Below, piece after piece: positions 36,894 to 46,477 of a DNA stretch of 64,000 nucleotides. The notes below the pieces were generated by a model, which saw only the letters and a list, made by a program, of their open reading frames with translations, had not been told where the DNA came from and made no database searches. The translations under genes were made by a program, and so were the position numbers. The stretch comes from Candidatus Australimonas brisbanensis (GTDB lineage Bacteria > Chloroflexota > Dehalococcoidia > Lucifugimonadales > Australimonadaceae), in assembly GCA_038147155.1 (NCBI GenBank), contig JAYQTA010000002.1:329744-393743 (forward strand), written 5' to 3'. How positions within the stretch are numbered: position 1 is the stretch's first letter; each line of letters opens with the position of its first letter.

Positions 36894-37838
36894 ATGAACA
36901 CGGTGCATGCGCCGGAGCGCGACCTGCTTGTGGAGGGGTTCCTGGCGCACCTGCGCGCCGAGCGGGGCCTGGCCGCCAACACCATCGGTGCCTACCGCCG
37001 CGACCTGGAGCAGCTGGCCGCGGCCCTGGCCCCGCCAGGTGGTGGGCCGGTGGACTGGGGGCGCGTGGACGAGGCGGCGCTGACCGAGTGGGCGCTGGGC
37101 CTGCGGGCCGATGGCTACGCCGACGCCTCCCGTGCCCGCAAGGTGGCCGCGGCGCGCTCTTTCTTCCAGTTCCTGGCCGAGGAAGGGGTGGTAACGCGCA
37201 GCCCCGCCGGGGCGCTGGCCGTGCGCCGTGCGCGGCGCACCCTGCCCGGCCTGCTCTCCGAGTGGGACGTGGTCGCCCTGTTGGAGGCCGCCTCCGCCCA
37301 GCCGGGGCCGGAGGGCGCACGGGATAGGGCGATGCTGGAACTCACCTACGCCGCCGGGCTGCGGGTGTCCGAGGTAGTGGGGCCCACGGGGTTGGACCTA
37401 GGCGCGCTCAACCTGGACGACGGGTGGGTGCGCGTGCTGGGCAAGGGGAGCAAGGAGCGCATCTGCCCCCTCTACCCCGCCATCGCCGACCGGCTGCGCG
37501 CCTACATCCGCGAGGCGCGCCCCCTCCTGCTGGCCCACGCACGTGGACGGGTCCGCACCACCGGTGCCGTGTTCCTCAACCAGCGCGGACGCCCCCTCAC
37601 CCGTCAGGGCTTCTGGCTGGTGCTGCGTCGAGCGGGGGCCGCGGCCGGCATCTCGGCGCACCTCTCCCCCCACACCCTGCGTCACTCCTTCGCAACCCAC
37701 CTGCTGGCGGGCGGTGCGCCGCTGCGTCACGTCCAGGAACTGCTGGGGCATGCTAGTATCTCGACCACTCAGGTCTACACCCACCTGTCGGACCAGCAGG
37801 TGCGGGAGACCTACCGCAGGGCGCACCCCCGCGCCTGA
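36894..37838 (+). CDS. xerD: Tyrosine recombinase XerD-like
   Basis: ERGLAANT, RDRAMLE, GLRVSE, GKGSKER, LTRQG, SPHTLRHSFATHLL, LLGH, TTQVYTH. Confidence 0.88.
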   Translation: MNTVHAPERDLLVEGFLAHLRAERGLAANTIGAYRRDLEQLAAALAPPGGGPVDWGRVDEAALTEWALGLRADGYADASRARKVAAARSFFQFLAEEGVVTRSPAGALAVRRARRTLPGLLSEWDVVALLEAASAQPGPEGARDRAMLELTYAAGLRVSEVVGPTGLDLGALNLDDGWVRVLGKGSKERICPLYPAIADRLRAYIREARPLLLAHARGRVRTTGAVFLNQRGRPLTRQGFWLVLRRAGAAAGISAHLSPHTLRHSFATHLLAGGAPLRHVQELLGHASISTTQVYTHLSDQQVRETYRRAHPRA

Positions 37839-37863
37839 GCGAGCAGGACGAGAGGTGCCCTCC

Positions 37864-38319
37864 GTGCGCATCGCACCGGGCAGCGACGAGGCAACCGGGC
37901 TGACGGCGCTCTTGGAGCGCGATCTGGCCGCCCGCGGGCGCCGGGTGGCCCTCTTCGGGGCCCTCGCCCCCGATGGCGACGACCGCTGGCCGGTGGTGGG
38001 CCGTGCCGTGGCCGAGGCCGTCGCCTCCGGCGGTGCCGACGAGGGCATCGTCTGCTGCTTCACCGGAACGGGCGTCTCCATCGCCGCCAACAAGGTTTCC
38101 GGCGTTCGTGCAGCCCTGTGCGCCGACGCCGCCACCGCCGCGGGAGCGCGCCGGTGGAACCGCGCCAACGTATTGGCCCTGAGTCTGCGTGCCACTTCCG
38201 AAGATGTCGCCCGAGAGATCCTGTACGCCTGGTTCACCGAGCCCCTGGGCACCGGGGAGGACGAAGCGCTGGCCGACATGGTCGAGGAGCAGCGGACCGC
38301 CACCGGCGGGGCCCGCTAG
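37864..38319 (+). CDS. RpiB/LacA/LacB sugar-phosphate isomerase
   Basis: CFTGTG, AANKV, RAALC, WNRANVL. Confidence 0.88.
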   Translation: MRIAPGSDEATGLTALLERDLAARGRRVALFGALAPDGDDRWPVVGRAVAEAVASGGADEGIVCCFTGTGVSIAANKVSGVRAALCADAATAAGARRWNRANVLALSLRATSEDVAREILYAWFTEPLGTGEDEALADMVEEQRTATGGAR

Positions 38320-38333
38320 GAGAGGAACGCATC

Positions 38334-39032
38334 ATGCCTGTCATCACCATCACCGGTCTGGTCGGCAGCGGGGCCATCGAGGTGGGTATCGAGGTCTCGC
38401 GCAAGCTGGGTATCGACTACGTGGACCGCATGATCCTGGCGGAGGCCGCCAAGCGCATGGGCACCACCGTCGCTGCGGTGGCCGAGCGCACCGAGCGCCC
38501 GCCCACACGGGGCGAGCGCATCGCCTCCTTCGCCCGCTCCGTGCTGGAGCGCTCTGCGCTGGCGGGGAGCGGGAGCGACCCCTACTTCGGCGGCGGGCTC
38601 GACGCGCTGCTGGTGCGCGAGTACCGCGACTTCCCAACCGAGGGCGTGGGTGACGTGGGCGATGCCCAGCTGCTGGAGGTGACCGCCGCCGTGATGCGTG
38701 AACTCGCTGCATCCGACCGCGTCATCATCGCGGGCCGGGGCGCCAACATGATCCTGCGCGAGACCCCGGGCGCGCTGCACGTGGGCCTCACCTCGGCGCT
38801 GGATCAGCGCGTCCAGCGCATCATGAACCGCGAGAACCTGGACCGGACCGAGGCCGAGCGGTTCGTGGCCGAGAACGATAAGGCCCGGAACGCCTACTTC
38901 CAGCGCTTCTTCAAGGTGCACCCGGACGACGCGGCGCACTATCATCTGATGGTCAACACCGACCTGCTCCCCACCGCCAAAGCGGCGGAGCTGGTGGTGG
39001 AAGCAGCACGCATCATCCCGGCCTCCGCCTAG
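38334..39032 (+). CDS. Cytidylate kinase-like family protein
   Basis: VITITGLVGSG, IIAGRGA, YHLMVNT. Confidence 0.85.
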   Translation: MPVITITGLVGSGAIEVGIEVSRKLGIDYVDRMILAEAAKRMGTTVAAVAERTERPPTRGERIASFARSVLERSALAGSGSDPYFGGGLDALLVREYRDFPTEGVGDVGDAQLLEVTAAVMRELAASDRVIIAGRGANMILRETPGALHVGLTSALDQRVQRIMNRENLDRTEAERFVAENDKARNAYFQRFFKVHPDDAAHYHLMVNTDLLPTAKAAELVVEAARIIPASA

Positions 39033-39058
39033 GCAGCCGGACAGAGAGAGGGAGCACC

Positions 39059-39424
39059 ATGTCGAAGAAGGGCAGCCGCATCGCATCATCCCAGGCCAAG
39101 GCGCGGGAGCACGCCCGACGCAAGGCGCACCACGCGGGGCCGGTGCTCCCCTCCGCGGCCTACGAGACCCCCACCGAGCCGGAGCAGGAAGCACCGCTCA
39201 TGGACGCCGAGCTGGAGCAGGACGCGGCCGCCACCGTGTCCGCTCCGCGCGCCCAGGCCCCGGCGGTGCGCCGCAGCGCCCCCAGTGCACGGCGCGAGCA
39301 CGCGGCTGCGGCGGCGGTTGCCTCCTCCAATGTGCGCAACGAACTGCTGAAGATCGCCGCCATCACCGCCGTGGCCGCCATCGCCATGGTGGGCCTCAAG
39401 CTCGGCACGGCCATCGGGGCGTAG
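39059..39424 (+). CDS. Hypothetical protein with C-terminal TM helix
   Basis: GGAG RBS; basic N-terminus, hydrophobic C-terminus. Confidence 0.7.
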   Translation: MSKKGSRIASSQAKAREHARRKAHHAGPVLPSAAYETPTEPEQEAPLMDAELEQDAAATVSAPRAQAPAVRRSAPSARREHAAAAAVASSNVRNELLKIAAITAVAAIAMVGLKLGTAIGA

Positions 39425-39425
39425 C

Positions 39426-39525
39426 GCTCCGCGCGGCTGCGCCGCGCTCGACGGCAGGGGGTCACCCCCTGCGGCACTACGCGCCTACCCCCGGCAGGGA
39501 GAGGTCCCCTCTCCCCTGCACCCCT
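39426..39525 (+). repeat. REP-like multi-hairpin dispersed repeat, copy B
   Basis: GCGCGGCTGCGCCGCGCTCGACGGCAGGGGGTCACCCCCTGCGG...GCGCCTACCCCCGGCAGGGAGAGGTCCCCTCTCCCCTGCACCCCT. Confidence 0.75.
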
Positions 39526-39572
39526 CGAGGTTCTGACTACGGCCGTCATGTCGGCCTTGGTAGACTGGGGGC

Positions 39573-41549
39573 ATGGCCCCTGCCCGTCCGCCAACGCCGC
39601 ACCAGGAGCGCACCGCGCACTTCGCCGACCGGCTGAAGGCGCTGCCCGCCGCCCCCGGCGTCTACCTGATGAAGGACGAGGCGGGGGCCATCATCTACGT
39701 GGGCAAGGCGGCCAGTCTGCGCTCGCGCGTGCGCTCCTACTTCCAGACACCGGCGGGCAAGGAACCCAAGGTGCAGGTCATGGTGACCCGCATCGCGGAC
39801 TTCGAGTTCATCGTCACCGAGTCGGTGCAGGAGGCGCTGCTGCTGGAGAACACCCTCATCAAGCAGCACCGCCCCCGCTACAACGCCCGGCTCAAGGACG
39901 ACAAGACCTACCCCTACATCAAGATCGACCCGTCTGAGGAGTTCCCCCAGGTCTACTTCACCCGCCGGGTGCTGCCCGACGGGGCGCGCTACTTCGGCCC
40001 CTTCGCCTCGGCGGGCTCCGTGCGCAAGACCATGGACCTGCTGAAGAAGCTCTTCCCCTACCGCTCCTGCACCAAGCCCATCACCGGGGCCGATGAGCGC
40101 CCGTGCCTGGAATACCACATCCACCGGTGCGTGGGCCCGTGCATCGGCGCGGTGGACCGGGCGGGGTACGCCGAGGTGATGGGCCAGGTGCTGCGCTTCC
40201 TGGAGGGTGACACCGACGGGGTGCAGCGCGAGCTCACCCGGCGCATGCGCGAGGCATCGGACGCCCAGGCGTACGAGCGCGCGGGTCTGCTGCGCGACCA
40301 GCTGCGGGCCATCGCCTCGGTCACGGAGAACCAGAAGGTGGTCTCCGAACGTGCCGAGGACGCCGACGTGGTGGCCGTGGCGGCTGATAAGGGCGAGGTG
40401 TGGGTGGAGCTGTTCAAGGTGCGCCGGGGACGGCTGATCGGGCGCGACCACTTCCTGATGGAGGGGGCTGACGCTGAGGAGGAACCCGCCCTGCTGGCCC
40501 GCTTCATCCAGCAGTTCTACGAGACCTCCTCCGACGTGCCCGCCACCGTGCTGACCCAGCACCCCATCGAGGATCCGGGCGCCGTGGGCGCGTGGCTGAG
40601 CGAGCGGCGCAGGGGCCGGGCCGCCGTGGTGTGCCCCCAGCGTGGTGAGAAGCGCCGGTTGGTGGAGATGGCCGCCGCCAACGCCGCCGAGGGCCTCGCC
40701 CAGCGCCGGCTGCGCTGGCTGGCCGAGTCCGACAAGGTGCGCCAGGCGCTAGCCGAACTGGCCGAGGCGCTGGACCTGCCAGAACCACCGGCGCGCATCG
40801 AGTGCTACGACATCTCCAACACCCAGGGCTCCAACTCCGTGGGTTCCATGGTGGTGTTCGAGGACGGGCGGCCCAAGAACGCCCACTACCGGCGCTTCCA
40901 GATACGCGAGGTTGACGGCATCAACGACTACGCCTCCATGCAGGAGATGCTGCGCCGCCGGTTCCGGCACCTGTCCCAGCAGCAGGCGGTGGACGAGCCC
41001 GCACCGGCCCCGCGCCAGCGCCGCCGCCGCCACGCCCGCACCGGCGCCCTGGCCGATGATGCGGCCGTCACCGGGGAGCGGCGCGAGGCCGAATCGTCCT
41101 TCGGCCTGGTGCCGGGGCTGGTGATCATCGACGGCGGCAAGGGGCACCTGGGTGCGGCCCAGGAGGTGTTCCTTGAGTTGGGCATCACCGAACTGGTGCC
41201 CCTATGCTCCCTGGCCAAGCAGGAGGAGGAGGTATTCCTCCCCCACATGCCGGAGCCGGTGATCCTTCCGCGCACCAGCCAGGCGCTCTACCTGGTGCAG
41301 CGCATCCGTGACGAGGCGCACCGCTTCGCCATCACCTACCACCGGCTGCGCCGCTCCAAGGCGGCCACCCGGTCGGCGCTGGACGAGGTGCCCGGCGTGG
41401 GGCCCAAGCGCAAGCGAGCGCTGATCCGCCGCTTCGGCTCCGTGGCCGGGGTGCGCGCCGCCAGCGCCGCCGACATCGCCCAGGTGGAGGGGTTCTCCGA
41501 GCACCTGGCCGCGCTGGTGCTGGAGAAGCTGGGAGGCGGGACAGACTAG
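39573..41549 (+). CDS. uvrC: Excinuclease ABC subunit C
   Basis: GIY-YIG (GVYLM, YVGKA), RIECYDIS, IDGGKG, RDEAHRFA, HhH. Confidence 0.96.
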   Translation: MAPARPPTPHQERTAHFADRLKALPAAPGVYLMKDEAGAIIYVGKAASLRSRVRSYFQTPAGKEPKVQVMVTRIADFEFIVTESVQEALLLENTLIKQHRPRYNARLKDDKTYPYIKIDPSEEFPQVYFTRRVLPDGARYFGPFASAGSVRKTMDLLKKLFPYRSCTKPITGADERPCLEYHIHRCVGPCIGAVDRAGYAEVMGQVLRFLEGDTDGVQRELTRRMREASDAQAYERAGLLRDQLRAIASVTENQKVVSERAEDADVVAVAADKGEVWVELFKVRRGRLIGRDHFLMEGADAEEEPALLARFIQQFYETSSDVPATVLTQHPIEDPGAVGAWLSERRRGRAAVVCPQRGEKRRLVEMAAANAAEGLAQRRLRWLAESDKVRQALAELAEALDLPEPPARIECYDISNTQGSNSVGSMVVFEDGRPKNAHYRRFQIREVDGINDYASMQEMLRRRFRHLSQQQAVDEPAPAPRQRRRRHARTGALADDAAVTGERREAESSFGLVPGLVIIDGGKGHLGAAQEVFLELGITELVPLCSLAKQEEEVFLPHMPEPVILPRTSQALYLVQRIRDEAHRFAITYHRLRRSKAATRSALDEVPGVGPKRKRALIRRFGSVAGVRAASAADIAQVEGFSEHLAALVLEKLGGGTD

Positions 41550-41584
41550 CGGGTTACCTCGGTCAGACGCGGCATGATGCGCCC

Positions 41585-42454
41585 ATGCGCACACGATGCC
41601 TGCTACCCCTGCTGCTCGCGATCCTGAGTCTGCTGGCCGCCTGCGGGCCCCGTGAGGGGAAGCCCGCACCGGATGGCGGGCCCACGCCCACCACCGCACC
41701 GGGAGCCACTGCGGCTCCGGGCACCGCAACGGCGCCAACGGCAACGCCTCTCCCCACCCGGACGGTGCGCTTCAGCGTGCGGGTTCCGGCGACACCCGGC
41801 GGTGACCCCGTGTATCTGTTGTTGCGCCCGTTCCACCAGTGGGCGTGGGACGAGCACATCCTGCTGACCGAGGGGCCGGGCGGGGTGTGGACGGGTGAGG
41901 CGGCGCTGCCGGAGGGCGCGCTGGTGTACTACGTCTACGACCACTAAGCCAGCGAGGAGTTCGCCGAGTTCAACGCCCGGCGCGAGGCCCACGGTGAACG
42001 AACGGAGGTGTACGCGCGCTTCCTGGATGTGAGCGATGGGCTCAGCGCCGTGGACGATGTGGTGGAGCGCTGGGTCGACGCGCGAGCGACGGCGCTGCCC
42101 GCCGGCAGCGTCTCCGGGGTGGTGGTGGACGCGGTGAGCGGCGCGCCCCTGCCCGACACCAACGTCACCCTGGGCGGACTGCACATCGCGACGGACTACG
42201 CAGACCGGTTCACCTTCCGCGACGTGGCGGCGGGGAACCAGCGCATCACGGCCCACCGTGACCTGCACGACTACGGGATGGGCAGCCTGGGCGTCTCCAG
42301 CGCCGGTTCGGGCGTCGCCCACTTCGTCCACCTGAGCGGCTTCCTCCTGGGTGCGGGGGGCGTGGTCGCCTGGCGGCTGGTACGGGGGCAGCGCCCCTGG
42401 CAGGGGCGTCCTCCTCGGCCTCGGTTGGGCAACGGGCGGAGCGGCTGGTACTGA
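41585..42454 (+). pseudogene. Interrupted lipoprotein gene (in-frame TAA 41945-41947) ending in a rhomboid-like fragment
   Basis: LLAAC lipobox and Pro/Thr linker; same frame continues after the stop; GSVSGVVVDAVSGAPL then GVAHFVHLSGFLLG. Confidence 0.65.
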
Positions 42455-42457
42455 ACG

Positions 42458-42486
42458 AGAGGCCCGGCACTGGGTGCCGGGCCTCT
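42458..42486. terminator. Bidirectional terminator hairpin
   Basis: AGAGGCCCGGCAC / GTGCCGGGCCTCT perfect 13-bp stem. Confidence 0.8.
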
Positions 42487-42513
42487 TCTCGTGGTGGGTG
42501 TTCCTGACCGGGG

Positions 42514-42843
42514 TCAGTGGGTCGGTGCGGGGGTCTCGCCCTCCGGGCGATGCGCCGGGCCCTGCCCGGCCGCACTCCTGGCGATGAACGCCAGCGCCAG
42601 CAGCACACCGATCCAGATGATGCCCAGGGTCTGCCCGCGCTCGGCGGAGAAGCCCTGCAGCCCCCACATGACGCCCAGGGTGACGGTCGCGGCCAGCAGC
42701 CCGATGGCCTGAAGTGCCAGCATCGCACCACGCAGGCGGGCGAGGAGACGCCCCTTCACCTTGGGCCGGGCCTCGTGGCCGCACCAACCGCACGCATGCC
42801 AGTTCACCGCCTGAGGACGCTCACATCGTTCGCAGGGCACCAT
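42514..42843 (-). CDS. Small membrane protein with N-terminal Zn ribbon
   Basis: CERC...CGWC plus two TM helices; GAGG RBS. Confidence 0.7.
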   Translation of the reverse strand: MVPCERCERPQAVNWHACGWCGHEARPKVKGRLLARLRGAMLALQAIGLLAATVTLGVMWGLQGFSAERGQTLGIIWIGVLLALAFIARSAAGQGPAHRPEGETPAPTH

Positions 42844-42914
42844 ATTCCCCTCCTCGATGCATCCCCGGCACTCCCTAGCGCCGGGTTCGCAGCACACGCT
42901 CCCCGCGTGCCGCC

Positions 42915-43733
42915 CTACCCCGCCGAGACGTCACGGGCGCGCAGCTGCTCCACGCTGCCCAGCTCCAGGCCCGCCACCGAGGCGCTCTCCCCAGCCACGG
43001 TGTAGTCCTCGTCCATCTCCTCGTCCATCTCCACAACCTCGACGGGCCCCGCGAGCTCCGCCTTGAGAGCGCGCAGCAGCGTGATGGCCACATCGATGTA
43101 CTCAGCGCTCAGAGGCACCGAGAGCCGTCGCTCCCCAGCGACCAACTCGATGGAGCGCCCCGTCGGCACGATGGGAGCGATACCCGCCTGAGGCGAAGCA
43201 GCTGACTGGGTAGGAAATTCAGAGATCTGCTGGTTTTTGACAGAATAATCTGATTTTTTCTCTGTCTTCACCGGGCGGCCCAGCACCCGGACCGCGTCGG
43301 TCAGGTGCTTCTGGATCAGCGGCGCGCGCCGGACGATCTCGTCCCGCGCAGCCCGCGTGATTTCCTCCAGCCCCACCAGCAGGGACATGTCGTCGGGGAT
43401 CTCCCCCTCGAAACGCGTGTAGAGCTGACGGAGCAACTCGACGCGCTGGAACGCCTCGGCACGGGCCTCCTGGCCCTCCTCCGCGCTCGCCGGGTGGATC
43501 ACCCGCTGGGCCAGCGGAGAGATGCGCAACTCCCCCCGGCCTTCAATGAGACCGAAGTCGCGCATCGCCGCCACCTTCGCGAACAGGGTGCCGCTCCCCT
43601 CGGCCATCCCCAGCTCCCAGGCCAGGCCCTTCACGCTCACCGTTCCCTTGAACTTGGTGAGCACCCTGCCGGCAATCTCCACCGCGTCCCCGAATCGGAT
43701 GTCGGGGTAGCTGTACGGACCAAGCTTCGCCAT
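42915..43733 (-). CDS. Hypothetical protein, putative winged-helix DNA-binding
   Basis: YP...LAWELGM...AAMRDFGLIE pattern; GGAG RBS; strong promoter. Confidence 0.7.
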   Translation of the reverse strand: MAKLGPYSYPDIRFGDAVEIAGRVLTKFKGTVSVKGLAWELGMAEGSGTLFAKVAAMRDFGLIEGRGELRISPLAQRVIHPASAEEGQEARAEAFQRVELLRQLYTRFEGEIPDDMSLLVGLEEITRAARDEIVRRAPLIQKHLTDAVRVLGRPVKTEKKSDYSVKNQQISEFPTQSAASPQAGIAPIVPTGRSIELVAGERRLSVPLSAEYIDVAITLLRALKAELAGPVEVVEMDEEMDEDYTVAGESASVAGLELGSVEQLRARDVSAG

Positions 43734-43831
43734 CTCTCGCTCCTCCGTTGTACCGGGCCCTGCACCCGAACCCCTCGGGTGCCCTCGCGCGCCAGCGCGT
43801 CCACTGTGCGGCTTCCCCTGCCGCGAGATGC

Positions 43832-43860
43832 AATCTAGCAATAGTCAGGAAGGGAGTCAA
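43832..43860 (-). promoter_or_regulatory. Sigma70-type promoter TTGACT-17-TAGATT
   Basis: Near-consensus -35 and extended -10, with AT-rich tract upstream. Confidence 0.75.
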
Positions 43861-43969
43861 TATAGTTTCAGCAAATTGCTACGTATTTTAGGAATTTCGC
43901 AGATTATTTTTTCTTACGCTCCTGTATCTTGCTGTTTCTAATCCTCGCCGCGCACACTGTTGTTGCGGG

Positions 43970-43987
43970 TGTCAAGTTTGCTTTACA
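43970..43987. promoter_or_regulatory. Palindromic operator TGTCAAG-N4-CTTTACA overlapping -10 (TACATT)
   Basis: Imperfect inverted repeat ending 8 nt before the ATG of the regulator. Confidence 0.55.
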
Positions 43988-43995
43988 TTTCCCTC

Positions 43996-45045
43996 ATGTC
44001 CGCTCTCTCGCTACGCCGGGCCCGCGAGGCGGCCTCCCTCACCCAGGGTGCGCTGGCCTCCCGCGCCGCCATCAGCAGGCAGGCGTATGCCGCTATCGAG
44101 GCAGGCACCGCCGCGCCCTCGACGCCCGTGGCGCTGGGGATCGCCCATGCGCTGGGCACCACGGTGGAGGCGCTGTTCGGCGATGGCCCTGCACGCGAGT
44201 ACGCTCACGCGGGCGCGAGCGCACCTTCGCCTTCCGTCCCCATGCCACTCACGCCGTCGACGAGCCCGCAGGCGGCCGCGCCCTCCCGTCCGCACCTGTG
44301 GGGCGGCTTCTCCGTCACCCACGGCATCGCCCTCTCCCAGGCCACCGGGGGCCCCGGCACGCTGGTGCTGGCTGGGTGCGACCCCACGGCGCCACTGCTG
44401 GGCGCCGCGCTCGCTGCCCACGACGTTGCGCTGGCCTGGCTGGAGGCCCCCTCGCGCGCCGCGCTGGAGCTCGTGGCATCAGGCGCGGCGCAGGTGGCGG
44501 GCTGCCACCTACGCGACCCCATCAGCGGAGGCTTCAACCACGCCTGGGTGCGTCGTCTGCTGCCGGTGCCTGCCACGCTGGTGACCTTCGCGGTGTGGGA
44601 GCAGGGGCTGCTGGTGGCGCCGGGCAACCCCCACGGCCTGCGCGCCGCTGAGGACCTGGCGCGCCCTGGGCTGCGCATCGTGAACCGCCCCGTGGGCGCG
44701 GGCGCGCGTGCCCTCCTGGACGCGGCGCTGGAGGTGGCGGGCGTGCTCGGCAGCCAGGTTGAGGGCTACGCCCACGAGCTGGCGGGCCACCTGGCGGTGG
44801 CAGAAGCGGTGGCGGCGGGCCTGGCCGATGCGGGCGTGGGCGTGCGCTCGGCCGCCGTGGCCACGGGGCTCGACTTCATCCCCCTCACCACCGAGCGCTA
44901 CGACCTGGTGATCCCCACCGCATCGCTGGACGACCCCGCCATCCAGCGGCTGCTGGCGGTGCTGGCGGACGGCGGCCTGCGGGCCGGGGTGGAGGCGCTG
45001 CGGTACGACGCGGCCGCCATGGGTACGGAGCCCTCTGCGGCATGA
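43996..45045 (+). CDS. XRE-HTH + PBP domain molybdate-responsive regulator
   Basis: N-terminal HTH (LTQGALA...ISRQAY), AGCDP, AGCHL, EQGLLV, NRPVGAGAR, ERYDL. Confidence 0.85.
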   Translation: MSALSLRRAREAASLTQGALASRAAISRQAYAAIEAGTAAPSTPVALGIAHALGTTVEALFGDGPAREYAHAGASAPSPSVPMPLTPSTSPQAAAPSRPHLWGGFSVTHGIALSQATGGPGTLVLAGCDPTAPLLGAALAAHDVALAWLEAPSRAALELVASGAAQVAGCHLRDPISGGFNHAWVRRLLPVPATLVTFAVWEQGLLVAPGNPHGLRAAEDLARPGLRIVNRPVGAGARALLDAALEVAGVLGSQVEGYAHELAGHLAVAEAVAAGLADAGVGVRSAAVATGLDFIPLTTERYDLVIPTASLDDPAIQRLLAVLADGGLRAGVEALRYDAAAMGTEPSAA

Positions 45046-45815
45046 GGCCCCGCTTTTTTTCAGTGTGCTTGGCCATCACGCTCCTGTGTATCAACGCATG
45101 TTCGGGGGGGTCACAGACCCTCACCGTGGGTGTGGCCGCCAGCCTGTTACCGCCGGTGCGGGAGGCCGCTTCACGCTTCACCGAACGCACCGGTACCCCC
45201 ATCACCCTGGTGAGCGGATCGTCCGGTGCCCTGGCCCAGCAGGTGCGCTCCGGCGCGCCGCTGGATGCCGTGCTCCTGGCCGACGCCTCCTTCGCCGATG
45301 CCCTTGCCGCCGAGGGGCTGCTGGTGGGACCCACGCCCTTCGCCACCGGGGTGCTTGCGGCCGTGACCACCCTCCCGGTGCCGCAGGGCACCGCGCTGGC
45401 CGCGCTGGCGGTCGACCCGCGCGTTCAACGCATCGCCATCGCCACGCCTGCCAGCGCCCCGTACGGTGCGGCGGCGGTGAGCGCGCTGCGCGATGCGGGC
45501 GCATGGGCCAAGGCCGAACCGCGCGTGGTGTACGCAGCCGACGTGGCGGGTGCCCTCGCCTACGTCACCTCGTCCAACGCGGAACTGGGCTTGGTTGCCC
45601 TCTCCCTGGCGCTGGCCGCCGATGCCCTCGGCCTCACGGTGCTGCCCCTGGGGCCGCAGCCGCGGCTGGTGCAGACCGCGGGCGTGGTGACGCAGACGAG
45701 GCGCGCCAAAGATGCCCGTGCCTTCCTCACCTGGATCACCGGGCCCGATGCGGCAGGCATCTGGGAGGCGGCGGGCTATCAACCCGCGCCGCCCGCGCCG
45801 CTGGAGGCGCGCTGA
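45042..45815 (+). CDS. modA: Molybdate ABC transporter substrate-binding protein
   Basis: Lipobox NAC, VAASL, GSSGALAQQ, GAP, APYG. Confidence 0.88.
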   Translation: MRPRFFSVCLAITLLCINACSGGSQTLTVGVAASLLPPVREAASRFTERTGTPITLVSGSSGALAQQVRSGAPLDAVLLADASFADALAAEGLLVGPTPFATGVLAAVTTLPVPQGTALAALAVDPRVQRIAIATPASAPYGAAAVSALRDAGAWAKAEPRVVYAADVAGALAYVTSSNAELGLVALSLALAADALGLTVLPLGPQPRLVQTAGVVTQTRRAKDARAFLTWITGPDAAGIWEAAGYQPAPPAPLEAR

Positions 45816-46477
45816 TGGACTGGGTGGCGCTGCGCATCAGCCTGCAGGTGGCACTCACCGCAACGGCCCTGGCCGTGCTGGTGGGCGTGCCGCTGGCCTG
45901 GGCGCTGGCACGCTGGCGCGGGCGTTCGCGCGAGGCGGCCAGCGCCTTGGTGCTGGCGCCCATGGTGCTGCCGCCCACGGTGCTGGGGTACTACCTGCTG
46001 CTGGCGGTGGGCCGGGGCTCGTGGGTGGGCGGTGCGCTGGAGACGCTGTTCGGGGCGAACCTGGTGTTCACCTGGGCGGGCGCGGCGCTGGCGGCGTTCG
46101 TGGCGGCGACGCCCTTCCTGGTGCGCACGGCGCAGGCGGGCTTCGAGTCGGTGGACCCGTCCTTCGCCGAGGCTGCCCGCACCCTGGGACGCGGGGAATG
46201 GAGCATCTTCTTCACCGTCACCCTCCCGCTGGCCTGGCGGCCCGTGGCCGCAGGCACGGCGCTGGCCCTGGCACGCGCGCTGGGCGAGTTCGGCGCGACG
46301 GTGATGGTGGCGGGGAGCATCCCCGGCCGCACCCAGACCATGGCCCTCGCCGTGTATGAGGCGGTGCAGCAGGGCCGCGCATCCGATGCACAGGCCTTGG
46401 CCCTCACCCTCACCCTGGTGGGCGTGGGTCTGCTGGCGGCGGTGGGGATCGCCTCGCGCCGGGTGGTGCGACGGTGA
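45815..46477 (+). CDS. modB: Molybdate ABC transporter permease
   Basis: PMVLPPTVLGYYLL, EAARTLG, ARALGEFGAT. Confidence 0.93.
   Translation: MDWVALRISLQVALTATALAVLVGVPLAWALARWRGRSREAASALVLAPMVLPPTVLGYYLLLAVGRGSWVGGALETLFGANLVFTWAGAALAAFVAATPFLVRTAQAGFESVDPSFAEAARTLGRGEWSIFFTVTLPLAWRPVAAGTALALARALGEFGATVMVAGSIPGRTQTMALAVYEAVQQGRASDAQALALTLTLVGVGLLAAVGIASRRVVRR

Noticed and set aside
36894-37838. Tyrosine recombinase as a phage or ICE integrase
   Set aside because: XerD-type motifs and length, housekeeping neighbours, no att sites or mobile genes
41945-41947. Stop-codon recoding (Sec/Pyl) in the lipoprotein gene
   Set aside because: The stop is TAA rather than TGA/TAG, and the downstream part is itself truncated and chimeric
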